This document shows, piece by piece, positions 1 to 12,556 of a stretch of DNA of 64,000 nt. Where the stretch lies: assembly GCA_030704615.1 (NCBI GenBank), contig CM060731.1, positions 77,438,001 through 77,502,000 on the forward strand, written 5' to 3'. The translations under genes and the position numbers were made by a program. How positions within the stretch are numbered: the stretch's first letter is position 1; every line of letters begins with the position of its first letter. The notes under the pieces are model-generated. The model saw nothing but the letters and a program-made list of their open reading frames with translations, was not told the DNA's origin and searched no databases. This DNA comes from Takakia lepidozioides (Eukaryota > Plantae > Bryophyta).

Positions 1-3000
1 ATATTCAGACGGGAATAGGAGCGCTTCCCAATGTACCTTCTTGTCAGCTATTCAGGATGAAGAATGTTTGCGGAAGGGGAATGCTCAACTTTTTAATGTT
101 TAGCTTGCAAGGAAGTCTTGGAAACAATATCAGAAACAAGGGAAGTCACATTCCGACTTGACATAATCCTGAATGAATATAAAGATATGTTCCTGATGAG
201 ATCCCGGGATGCCCCTGAACGGGAGGGTTGATCATGCTATCGAGTTGATGTCAGATGCTTTGGTACCGGTTGTAGCAAGGGCACCGTTAAAGGCATTCAA
301 TTGCAAGAGAGAGAAAGTGACGAGTTAGAAAGGCAGTTGACTGACCCCTATTGGGAAAAGGGGTATATACGTCCAAGTAAATCCCCTTGGGGTGCCCTGT
401 AATGTTTAAGAAGAAGAAATACGGGACTTTGAGACTGTGTGTGGACTATACATGGTTGAAAAAGATCACCATCAAGAATAAGTTTCATTTGCCTTGTATG
501 GATGATTTGTTTGACTATCTCTATGGAAGTCAGGTTTTTTCAAAACTTGATCTTCGGTCTGGATATCATCAGATACGGATCAAGGAATTTGACCATGACC
601 ACCGACAGGATTTCGAATCTCGTTTTGGTCATTTACGAATTGTGGTGATGCCATTTGGGCTCACGAAATGTTAGCAACATTTACTCATCTCTGATGAATC
701 TATGTTCAAGAAATAATTTGGGGAAAGATGGTCCTAGTCTACATGGATGATATACTAATATACTCGAAGTCTGAAGAAGAACATGAATAGCATCTACGCT
801 TGATCTTAGACATATTGAGAGAGAACCATCTGTTTGCTAAGAGAAACAAATGTGAATTCTTTGTAGACCACATGGATTACTTGGGATTTTGCATCTCCAA
901 AGATGGAATCTCAATTGATCCTAAGAAAGTCCAGACAGTGGTTGAATGGCCTAAGCCCAAGTAATAAGACTGAGGTCAGGAGCTTTATTGGGTTTGCTAG
1001 CTTCCTACGGAAGTTTGTCAAATCTTTTTCACAGACTGCAGCACCATTGACTGACCTGCTTAAGGACTCGAGTCCTGTAAGCTTGAGAGACGTCTGGACA
1101 AGAGAATGTGATGACAGTTTCGAGAAATTGAAGTTTGCCTTGACACATGCTCATGTACTGAGATTGCTCGATCCTACGAAGGGAGCAATCGTACTGTGTA
1201 CCGATGCAAGTGATCTTGCTATTGGGGCTGTGTTGATGCACGATGGGCAAGTGATTGCCAATGAATCTCGAAAGATCAGTCCAGCAGAAAAGAATTACCC
1301 AACTCATGAAAATGAACTGTTGGCAATAGTTTATGCTCTGAAGATATGGAGGCATTACCTGCTTCCAGTTGATTTTGTGATAGAAACTGACCATCAGAGT
1401 TTGAAATACTTGACCACACAGCCTCATTTGAGTCAGAGGCAGATTAGGTGGTCAGAACTGCTTCAGCAATTCCATTATGACCTAAAATATGTCAAGGGGA
1501 GAGAGAATGTGATTGCTGATGCACTTTCTAGGAGACCATTACAAGTTAATGTTGTCTAATGCGTCAGTAGCACTATATTTCAAGACATTAAAGGTCAGTA
1601 CGAGATAGATAAATTCTTCAAAGAGCCATTCAAGAGTTTGTCTCGTGACCAAAGAACTTCTATTGAGAAAGAGAAGTACCGGCCATACCTCTTGAGAGAT
1701 GGGGTGTTATTTTATGATGGTCGGCTGTGTGTTCCCTTGATTCCAGACTTGAGATTGCGGATTATTCATGACAATCACAATATTCCAATCTCAGGACACC
1801 CGGGCTTTCAGAGGACCTACTGGTCAATACGGAAGCATTATTTTTGGCCGGGAATGAAAAGAGAGATCAAAGAATATGTACGGAAATGTTTCCCTTGTCA
1901 GGTGTCGAAGTCAGGAAGAGTTAGACCTCTTGGATTACTACAACCATTATCTGTTCCTGGATGGAATTGGGAATCCATTAGCATGGATTTCATTGTGGCA
2001 TTACCCAGGACCAGAAACGGCCATGACAGTATCATGGTGGTTGTAGATAGGCTGTCTAAGATAGCCCACTTGATACCTACAAGGATGAGTGCTACGACAT
2101 CTGATGTTGCATCCTTGTACATGAAAGAGATATTTAGGATCCATGGTCTTCCTCGGGAGATTATTTGTGATAGGGACTCAAAGTTTACAAGCCATTTTTG
2201 GATTGACTTGTTCAAGAAATTGGGAACCAAGGTGAAACTGAGTACGGCCTTTCACCCAGAAACAAATGCTCAAACAGAAAGAACCAACCGTATAATAAAA
2301 GATATGTTGAGGATGTACGTTGGTGAAAGATAGTCCTCTTGGGAACAGTATCTGTATATGGTGGAATTTGCTTATAACAAGCATTTCCACAGTGCCATTG
2401 GCATGGGCCCATTTGAAGCTTTATATGGACGAGATTGCTTGGCTCTTGCTTCGCTTATTGCACCACCATCAAATGTGCAGAGTGTGAATGACAGGATCAG
2501 AGAGATGCACTCTATACTGGACCTGGTGAAGCGTAGTATGCAGGCTGCTTGGGAACGGGCTAAGTTCTTTGCTGATAAGCATAGAACTTTTCGTGAATTT
2601 GCCATTGGTGATATGGTGTTTTTGAAAGTTACACCTAAAAGAAGCAATCTAACACTGGGCAAGTGTTATAAGTTGTCACCAAGGTTTTGTGGCCCGTTTA
2701 AAATCCTGGAACGCCATGGCACAGTGGCCTATGAGTTGGATCTGCCTCCAACTTGGAAGATCCACAAAACTTTCCATGTCAGCCTCCTCCAGAAGTATAT
2801 GTCAGACCCATTGCACATCTTGCCCACACTTCCTCAAGCTATGAATGATGGTCAGCTGATGGCTGAACCCGAAAAGATTTTAGAAACGCGAGTGAAGCAC
2901 CTGCGCAACCGTTCTTGGAAAGAACATTTGATTAAGCGGTTGCATTACCCAGAGACAGAGGCTACTTGGGAGAAGGAAAATGAATTGACATTGAATTACC

Positions 3001-3790
3001 CCTCGTTTTCTGTCATTAAGGACAATGACCTGTCTTCGGGAGGGGGAGTTCGTTAGGTGCCAGGAACGAAGATCGACCTGTCAAGCACCAGTTTGGAACG
3101 ACAAGAGACTGCTAGAATATCGCCAAACTGACAGTTGCAGGTAAAATGGAGCATACTCGCGTGCATGACGATATCCAGGACTAGGGATTTTGACGGGTGG
3201 CGCTTTGAGATGGCAAGATGGTTGAAGAAAGGATGATGGCGTACAGGCGTCTAGAGCAGATCTGCATGGACAGGAAATCTGTGTGTAGCACGGCGTGGTG
3301 GCTGGGTGGACCGGATGCTGTAGCCGGTGCTGTGCTTTCAGAGTGTAGGTTGATGTTGGAATAGGTGTCGTTGGCCTTTGGTGCCTTGCAGCGGCAGGGA
3401 CTGTGACTTCTCTTTTGTATAGAGTGATGGTGTAAATCCTGTGACTAAGGTTTCATCAAGAGTTGATTTGAAGAGGGGCAGTTTAGATCTGATTCCAGTC
3501 ACTGTTTGGAATAAGGCTTGTGAATATGCTTTTGTGAAGAACAGGGCTGAACGATCGTGGAGTGAAGTGATCTCTCTTACGATCTGAGTCAGAGAATTGT
3601 GACTGGAATAAAAGAGGCTGGTTACAGAAGGTCTATACTGTTGTGGATTCAAGCAAGCAGTTCTCTAGGGATTCTGATAAATTCCCTGTGAATAGCAAGA
3701 TAAACAAAGTGCCTGAAATTGGTCATAGTCAGATACTTTTCAAGTACCCTGTTTGTGAGGGAAAGCGGGGCTCTTGTATATTACGCATGC
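1..3790 (+). mobile_element. Degenerate Ty3/Gypsy chromovirus-type LTR retrotransposon: pol, PPT and probable 3' LTR; 5' part lies outside the window
   Basis: ORF fragments encode RT ([24 protein letters not shown] at ~740), RNase H (TDASD..IGAVL, ADALSR), integrase (SGHPG..CFPC, SMDFI, DRDSKFTS) and a chromodomain-like tail (PEKILE..ATWE). There are many frameshifts and stops. Purine tract GGGAGGGGGAG at ~3038-3048. The LTR right end is approximate. Confidence 0.9.
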
Positions 3791-4370
3791 TTCGGCCGGA
3801 GTCTTCTCTCTCCCATTATAGTGCTGATCATTTGTACGTAGCTTCCTTGCTCTTCCTTGTGGCTGTTAATAAGGTGCACAAGTTTCCACGTTAAGCCCAT
3901 GAAGAGTCATTAACTCAAGTTAGAATTATAACAATAAGCATTAACAACAGCTGCAATTCTCTTTCACTTCTCAGGTCGAATCAATCATGAGATTGCGCAT
4001 GTAGTTGCCGACCTCTTGCTGACCAGGGATAACACAACAGATCATATGGAGTATATATGTAGTATCATGTGTGGTTACCAGAGGACACAGTACTTTACTC
4101 TTTTGCCTAAACCACATGCAGACCGCTGCAACCAGACGTATCATCCCAACTGATTACAATTCAGGTTGTTTAATTTTTCGTAAGGCATACTATACTAGTA
4201 CTTATACTTGTTCTGAGATGATCTATTAAGTCTAAGCTGCTCTAATGAGCTGAACGACTACACCAGGATACCTTCTTTTGGAAAGGAGGATTGCGCTCAT
4301 AAGTAACCGATGTTATACATGTACAGGTAGTGTAAGTATAACATATGTAAGTCGACTTACCGCATGCTCT

Positions 4371-4810
4371 TTATGGTCTCCATGGACCAACAAACACTTC
4401 CTGATACCCAGCTTGCGCCCTATAGAATCCATCCGGTCGAACATACCAAATGCACTGTTTACATGCGATATGGTGGCCGAATAGTCCGGGGCCCTTCCAG
4501 ACTGTGTATCCTGCGAATTGATGTGTTGGATTGCATGTGAAGTCACACCAAAATAACGTAGATCCCCAGAAGTTGTCTTTGAACCCGAATCCATATTGCT
4601 GTCCCCAAGTTAAACTATGGCTTTGCAGGTCATCGTTCTTGGATCGGCAGTGAAGAGTAAGGATCTCTCACAACCCTGGTTGAAAATGTTCACAGACATC
4701 TCTTCGCCAGGTTGTGCATCAATGCAGTAGGACATGAATATAACCATCAGTGCCACTACTATAAGAGATGCCTCTGTCGGCACTCCCAGTTTGCCATCAT
4801 ATTTTACCAT
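4371..4810 (-). pseudogene. S-protein homologue (SPH, Self-incomp_S1 family), copy 1, with a 2-bp frameshift
   Basis: Near-identical to copy 2. An extra 2 bp in GGATCTCTCAC (~4663-4670) shifts the frame. Removing it gives a signal peptide plus LHCRSKNDDL..FGFKDNFWGSTLFWCDF..CKQCIWYVRPDGFY..PWRP*. The span is 440 nt = 438+2. Confidence 0.85.
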
Positions 4811-5519
4811 GCCTGTATCTGATCTGAAAACAGCAAATTAAAGAAAAGGCCAAAAGGAAATCATGAAGAGCCAGAGATGAGCTCGAGAGGGAGAACAAGC
4901 TAGACTAGGGAAAGTATTTGCGCTCCAAAAAATACAGGAAATGATGTCATACGTGACCTTGAAACTCGATCGAGAGAGAACTGAGGAGGTTTAATTACAA
5001 CAATATGCGGCTTATTACTGCTTACATGAAATACCCTATTCCCCCATATTCTTCATACGCAAGTACACAAGTTTACCCTTCCGGCCCCTATGTATATTAC
5101 AACTACCAGGTTTTTTTTCAGAACCCTCACTCCACCATTGTGCACTGACGTCTTGGTATTCACGAAATTTCTAAGGTTCATTCCCTTGCATGGATCACAT
5201 AATGAGTAGACCTCTGAACCTCAAGCTGGTAGTAGCACGATATATTATGGGCATGGAAAGCGAGAGTGTACAGCAGAACCACATAACTGATCCGCCATAG
5301 ACGAGCAGCCTAAAAAACATACACCACACCAAGGAAAGTAGAGCCTGTCCACATGTATGTATCTTCAAATGACTAGCAGGAGACTGAAAGGTTCAAAGAG
5401 AATTGGATTATACCTTGCAGAGCGCCTGCAACCAATCTGCACACCCAGTACTGAAGAGGTACTGAACCAAAAGAACACAGGCGACCAAAAGAGATGAAGA
5501 GACAAGGGGAGGGCACTCC

Positions 5520-5526
5520 TTTAATA
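5520..5526 (-). promoter_or_regulatory. TATA-like box (TATTAAA) of SPH copy 1
   Basis: Context GATGGGGCTATTAAAGGAGTGCCCTC is conserved with the two other promoters at 14125 and 14543. Confidence 0.6.
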
Positions 5527-6435
5527 GCCCCATCTCTCCCTCCCCCCCTGCACAATACCAGCCGCCTATCTCTCTCCTCCCTTGACCACCCTCCGGCCTC
5601 GAGCTGATACCCAGATATTCTCAAAGATATTTTGTGAAAATATTAGAGTAGTATGAATACATATTGGAATATTCCGTTAATGACAATATCTTCAGTCCTC
5701 TTTACTTCGACAACTCAAAAACTAATGAACTAGTTTCTGAAGTGCTCGGAGATCATCATTTCATTTCATTCTCTTTGAGCATCCGACCTGATCAATGTGC
5801 ATGTCTTTGTTTGCTACACTATCCTTTCAGTTTCAGGTTTTGACGTTTTGACAACAGCTCTACTCGTGCAGGTATCACTTGGTTCCTACAGAGAGTACTG
5901 AGGCATGAAGCCACAGTTCCCTAATTACTACCTGAGGACAGGCAGAGGACCCAAGTTAATCTTCTGTCCCGATCAGACGTGCGTATAACTCGATAAGCAA
6001 CAGGACCCTGGTCAGTTTAAGAGGAGGAATAAGATGATGCCATCCAGAGTAAATGGCACCAACATACATTATATATAAAAGATCGACCTACCACATGATC
6101 TCCACATGATGGTAATTATTTTCAGGATCGCAACGCAAGCACGGTAATGTCACATCTCGAGGACGGTGGTTGGGACCACATGTTGGGATAAGGATTGGTA
6201 ATGGTGTACGTGGACGCAATGTTCCTCAGGGCACTATCAGCCGGGCAAGCTTAACAAGCACACAATCAAATTATATCCTTTCTTTCGCTCAGATTTTACT
6301 GTGACAGGCTCCTTCGCCTCTTCGACTTGGACTTTCTAAGTGCCACATCTCTGTGTCTATTTTTGTAATTTAAAACTTTTCTCTGGGCCCTCCTGTGGAT
6401 GTAATAGTTTTCTTTCTTTCTTGTTTCTTTCTTCG

Positions 6436-9400
6436 GTACTCCTCTCTCTCGCGCGCGCGGCAGCGCCGACGCGCTGCGCTCAGGGGCGCTGGCGCGCTAG
6501 CGCTATCTCTATCTCCACCACACCATGACGTCCAAACGCCAAAGGACGGCTGCCGACGAGGTAGACTACCCGTCTCCCTCACTCACGTCCACATGATTCC
6601 CCTCTACTTCTTCTTCCTGCCCATGTCTCTCATCAAGCCTCTCATTTGCGTCAATACTCCACAAGGAGTGTTGATGTTCAAACGCTTCGGGACCAAATCT
6701 CCATCTTACAAACGAAATGCATCTCGGAGAAGACTCTGCAGCAAGTGCTCGCTGCCCGTGACAATGACTCGGAGGAGCGGTTGGCTTCCCTAGACAAAGA
6801 TTGGGAGACGCGGATGGCTTCCCTTAACAAAAATTGGGAAAAGCGCATGGATTCCTTGGACAAAGATTGGCAGAAACGCATGACTTCCTTGGACAAAGAC
6901 TGGCAGAAGCGCATGATAGACAGATACACAGACTTGGAGAACAATATGCGAGTACAGGATAGCGTTTTGCGGGCCTCTCTTCAGGAGTGCACTAGCAAAC
7001 TTCAAGGTGTGGCGAAACATCTCAGTGACAAATCCACACATACGCGTCTTTCAAAACTTGAAGGCGAAGTGAAGACCTTCACAGAGAAGAGCCTCCCAGA
7101 TCCCCTCACAACAAGCATCCACATGCAGGTGGAATCCCTTAGCAAAGAGCTGGAAACACACAGAACTGCGACGTCTACAATGGCTCGGGAGCTCCAAGCT
7201 CACAAGGCAGAGGACTCCTCCTGGGCTAATATAGTTAATGGGAGCACATCCAACAACAGTCCTCACTCTCTGGAGGAGACGGTCTCGGCTACTTTGCGAG
7301 AGGAACAGCAACGGGCTTTCAAAGCCCTTAACATCAGGGTCACTGGGAAGCTAGGGGGCCTTGCTGAGGGGGACCCTCTTGACGCTGCCACCAGCCTTAT
7401 TCAGCAAAACCTTGCTCTCCCACGGAGCGCGAGTGGCATTGAAAGGGCTTGGCGTGCAAGATCTCCAGAGCACAAAATCCTCTTCATTAGATTCAAGGAC
7501 AAGGGTGCTCGGGATAGAGTCCTCAGGCAGAGGCCTCAATTGAGAGGTCAGGGTATGTACCTCAACGATGACTTGACCCCTTTGCAATACAACGCCATGC
7601 GGGCGCAACTCTTGCAGGTTAAGCAAGCTCGAGCTCAAGGGCACTATGCCGTGTACCGAGATGGGAGGGTAATTGTCCGGGAGCACGAACGTTACCCCTC
7701 TAGCTCTAAATAAGGGTTGGGGCACCATGAGATCAACGCACGCTCACATCTACACATTGGCTCATGGAACTGTAATGGCTCGTTGTGGAGCCACCCTCCA
7801 GGGCTTCTAGATATTCTTTCCAAGTGTGATGTTATTTTTCTTTTGGAAACTCATGCGTATGAAGGAAAGGACCCCCCTTTTATTCTCGGGTATGGCTTTC
7901 AGTCAGTGATTCGTCCACGTACAGATCTCACATCCTGCTGGCGGGATGTTATTTTGCTCCGGCTGCATCTCCGCACAACGGCCTACATATTCGAACAGAT
8001 TCACCATATGTTCCATTGGAAGACGATATGACCCGTCTCCGTACCCCACAAACGGACATTTTCTTGGTTGGAGATTTCAACGCCCGTACAGGATCACTAC
8101 AGGCCCCCACCTTCGACCACACAGATCCTCTACACATCCAACGCTCGCATACGGAATTGGAGAGGCAAAGTGCAGATTCTTCTTACGGTCACCATCTACT
8201 CAAGTTTTGTGAAACTCAGGGGCTGTCCATTTACAATGGAACAACCAACTTCAAATCCTCCAGCCAGTTCACTTGCCACACGTACAAGGGCCAAAGCGTG
8301 GTTGACTATCTCTTAGGGAGCCCCAACAAGCCTGATAGAATAAGCTCATTTTACATCACGAGGTACCCGGATTCTGATCACTCTTGCCTTTCCTTTGCAT
8401 TTCCTTCCATCTCCCTCCCCGTGAGGATCCCCTCTGCGTCTCTTCCCTTACACCTACGTATCCACTTTAATACCCCTTTCTCTCACTTACACAATGCCGA
8501 GTATGAAACATACCTAGCGTTAACCCTCCCTTCCATTCTTCATCTATCATCTCCTAACGACAAGGCTACACATCTTACTCAAGCCCTTTGGGACTCAGCC
8601 CTGCGATCCTTTCCCGTCACCCTTCCATCTACCTCATCACCCTTCTCCACTCGTCATTACGCACCATTTTATGATGAGGAATGCAAGACTGCTAGACGTC
8701 GCATCAAATTTTTACTACTTGATACCAATTATTCTCCAGAGTCCACTAATCTTACTCATAAGCACTGTAAGTCCCTCATTAGATCCAAAAAGCAAGCCTA
8801 CACTATCAAGTTGCAATGTTCTTTCCTTGCTAAAATCAGATTTTCTCCACGATCTTTTTGGTCCCTCCTTAAACCTCATAGAGATCCCCCCCCAATCACT
8901 GACATTCATGTCTGGCATGAGTATGCACAGTCTTTATACCATTCCCCAACCCAAACTCCTTCTCCTATAACCTCTAAACCCCTTCACTTCTCTCTTTTTA
9001 CTACAGCCAATGTCAATAAGGCAATCAAGAAGCTGCAAAATGGCAGAGCGGTGGACATTTCAGGACTTCAGAGTGAATTCATCAAGCATGTTGCACCTAC
9101 TTTAGCCCCTTTTATAGCTAACCTCTTCAATGAGGTGGTGCAACGGGGGTTTCCAACAGAGTGGACAAAGAGCATCATCCACCCACTTTTTAAGAGCGGT
9201 GACAGGCTCGCACCGACAAACTATCGTACTATCATGGTGTTCTCATTACTTGCTAAACTGTTTGGGGCAGTAGTGGCCATGGAACTGGATGATTGGGGTG
9301 AGTACTCTCGCATTTGTGCTGAGGGACAGGCTGGTTTCCGTCGAAACCGATCCACTATTGACCACATCTTCACTTTTCAAGTTATGGTGGAAAGTGCACG

Positions 9401-11066
9401 CTATGACAAAAGAATGGTCTATGTTTGCTTCGTGGACTTTCACAAAGCCTTTGATTCAGTTCCTCGGGACCTTCTCTTCCAACGGCTCCATAGAGTAGAA
9501 GTCCCTCCAGACATCCTCTGTGCCATCTCTTCTATATATGAGATTGTCACTGGCATGGTCAATGTCGCTGGTGACTTCTCAGCCGAGATCCACAGCAACA
9601 TTGGAGTCAAACAGGGCTGCCCCCTTTCACCTACCCTGTTCGGGATCTACATTGACGCCTTGGAGAATTACATATAAAAAAACCATGGGGTTGGGGTCCC
9701 ATTGGATGGGGGACCAACCCAATCAGATCTCCTCTATGCTGATGATGTTGCCCTTTTGGCACAATCCCCGGTCTTTCTGCAACGCCATCTCAAAATTTTG
9801 GAACAGTTCTGCAAAGACTATGGGATGCAGGTCAATCTTAGCAAGACCAAGATCATGGTCTTCAATGGCCAGGCTGACCGTAGATTCATCTTCAACCAGC
9901 AGGAAATTGAGATTGTGAAATCATACCGGTACCTAGGTCTGGTTATCCACTCCCCCAAGTTTCACTTTGCAGCCACTGCCTTGGACAGGTTGACTAAAGG
10001 TAAGGCGGCCTCCGTCCGCCTTCAGGCCACAAGCAAATACATCTGCGGCATCCCCTGACCAAAAAGTGGCTGTTTGACACCGTCGTCAGCCCTGCTACCA
10101 TCTATGGTTGTGAGTTCTGGGCACCTGGTGTCCCTGACTCCTGGTGGGAAAAGAATTTGGAACCATTACAGTCATTTTTTCTCCAAGCAATGCTTGGCGC
10201 CAGGAGCACAACTCCATCTCAGATCCTAGGTGCAGAGTTCGCATGTGTACCATTGCAATCCGAGGCCCTCTTTAGGCTTACAATCTTTCTCCATAGATTG
10301 CAGGCCCTTCCACCCAAAGGGCTAGTGGCAAGGGCCCTCACAACATCTATGAGGCTCAAAGCTGCAGGTTTCAGGAACTCCTGGTATGCTCGAGTGGATA
10401 GTTTATTTCAACGTAACGGACTTTCTACTGCTTTCCTATTACCAATGAACCCAGATGAGGTGGACATCACATCCAGACATGACCGCAACAGACTCATTCG
10501 GAGAGAGCTTATGGAATTACATGTCAAGAGAACTTGGATGCTACCCAATCTCACGACAAAGCTCCACTTCTATCGAGAGACATTCTTGGTGCTCCGCGAT
10601 GATAGAATCTTGAGACCAAATTACCTTTCAGCACCCTTATCTCCTTCCCTCTTGAGGGCATTGGGGCGGTTCAGGGTGGGTTCCCACAACCTACGGATAG
10701 AGACTGGCAGATGGGAAAACCTGCAACGGGAGGACCGCCTATGTCCAGCTTGCATAGGGCGCAGCAAGGAAATTGAAACTGAAGAACACTTCTTCTTCTA
10801 CTGCCCTCTATACTACGAGATCCGTGGGAGATTTCACTGTTTATTCAGTGGAACCCAAACTCTCACTGATGTCTTTCACTATGAGGATAAAAAATGCGTG
10901 GCAGCCTACCTACACGAGGCCTTCACCCTTAGACAATCGCTAGAACATTGATTGTGGTTTCTGGATTTGTTCCTCTCTCATGTTTTCTTCCATTTTGTCC
11001 CATAAGCTCTACGAGCTTTCCGCGGACGTTATAAAGCACCATTTCATTTCTTTTCTTTTCTTTTCT
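6436..11066 (+). mobile_element. Near full-length non-LTR retrotransposon (LINE, RTE-X-like) with ORF1 and a disrupted ORF2
   Basis: GC-rich 5' UTR and coiled-coil ORF1. ORF2 carries an APE endonuclease (GSWNCNG, LLETH, VGDFNAR, VDY, SDH), RT (QAGFR, DFHKAFDSV, GVKQGCPLSP, LLYADD) and a C-terminal zinc motif (RLCPAC..EEHFFFYCPLY). The tail is (TTTCA/TTTTC)n. ORF2 has frameshifts and stops. Confidence 0.92.
6525..7713 (+). CDS. LINE ORF1, coiled-coil protein; probable start 6525 with one frameshift near 6590
   Basis: A 355-aa open frame contains 11-aa repeats RMxSLDKDWQK and a C-terminal FIRF..YLNDDLT motif typical of LINE ORF1. Confidence 0.75.
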
Positions 11067-11310
11067 CCCTCTATATTATATTGAGATCCGTGGGAGATTC
11101 CACTTTCTATTCGTTGGGACTCAATCTCTCACTGAAGTCTTCCACTATGAGGATCAGATGCTTGGCAGCTTACCTGCACGAGGCCTTGACCCTTAGACAA
11201 TCCCTCGAGCAGTAGTTGGCTCTGGTTTTGTTTCCTCGCTCTTGTTTTTCCCGTTTTGTCTTTGAGCTTTCCACGGACGTTATAAAGTACCATTTCATTT
11301 TCTTCAATTT
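11067..11310 (+). mobile_element. 5'-truncated second copy of the same LINE 3' end
   Basis: Diverged duplicate of ~10804-11066, including the ORF2 end and the TTATAAAGTACCATTTCATTT tail. Confidence 0.85.
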
Positions 11311-12396
11311 CGTCCTCTTTTACGGACACCTTATGTCAAGCTGAAGCACCTGGAGCTCGGGTCCTGGCAGGTCCAGCTTTTGTAGCTAGGTATACATATT
11401 TATAACCTCGTGAATGTCCTGTCTTGCATCAACCTTTAATCTTCAACTCATTGCTTTTGGCTTGGTTTAGATGGTAGTCTACCTCTTTATCACTAGCACG
11501 TTCAATATAGACCAACTTATCCGTACATGATCCAGTGGGACGTGCTGATTTCTTGTATGTTTTCACTGCAAATTCATAATCTAGCTCTACTTCCAATTTT
11601 GTGTGTACGAAGTATACTTAGTAAAGACAAACGATGAGGATCATATTTATTGGGAATTAAGGCTCAGAAATATCCTACTGCTCTTGGAGTAGGGGCGGCA
11701 ATGGATCAAGTTGAGAAATTTCTGAACCCTGTCTCAAGTCCGCAATGCAAGACAACACTCGACAACTAGGAGATTCCAGGAATTCCAGAAATTTATCAAG
11801 TTGTGATAACCCGGGCCACCCCATAAAACCGGCCATTGATCAGACTAGCGGTTATCGAAAGGATCCACATACGATCAAGTCAATTTTCTTAGAGAACCTA
11901 GTGAATCATGACAATCACCATCTATGCTGTGCCTTGCATTAGAACCTCTAGAAAATGCTTATAGAAATAAGGGGAAAACTGGCACTTTATGCTTTGTTAC
12001 CTCCTCACAAAGCAGAAGTTTAGTAGAGCAATCAGAAGCATTGATACACACGACATCCAAATTGAAGTCCGTGAAATATCCAGCTGCAATCCAAAGAGTA
12101 AATAGCTGCCTGCATGGTCTCAAGCAACAAAGAAGGAATACACTACCTCCATCCAGCTTCACCAGCCATGTGATTGTACTGCTAGCTGGTGGAGAGCTGG
12201 TGATGGTAATCAAAAACTGAACTTCAAGAAGAGATCAACACTAGCACTTCCATCGATAAAAGCAGTTCAATCGGCTATGCCACTGAGATGCAAACATACC
12301 CTCCATGGCTACTAGGAATTTTTCTCTAACAATGTCACCAGTTCCTTTTGATGTTTATCTATTCCTGTGCAGCTGCTAAGAGAATGTCAAACAAGC

Positions 12397-12556
12397 AAAG
12401 TAAATAAAGTAAAGTATGACGCTTAAATTATGGTGCCGCTTGACCCCCAAAGCTAATGCCTTCCGGCTGGAAGGTGGACACCTTCGTTACACCAATCGGG
12501 TTCACAATACCTTCCTAGCTAGGTGGTATGTGCCCATTACCACTGGCTCCAATTAC
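12397..12556 (-). mobile_element. tRNA-derived SINE, copy 1
   Basis: The reverse strand matches 43510-43655 (AAGGTGTCCACCTTCC..GAAGG..GGGTCAAG..CACCATAA). It has an A-box-like head and a (TTTAC)n-like tail. Confidence 0.65.

Noticed and set aside
1-900. Dense indels as evidence of recoding or editing
   Set aside because: Better explained by TE decay or low consensus quality.
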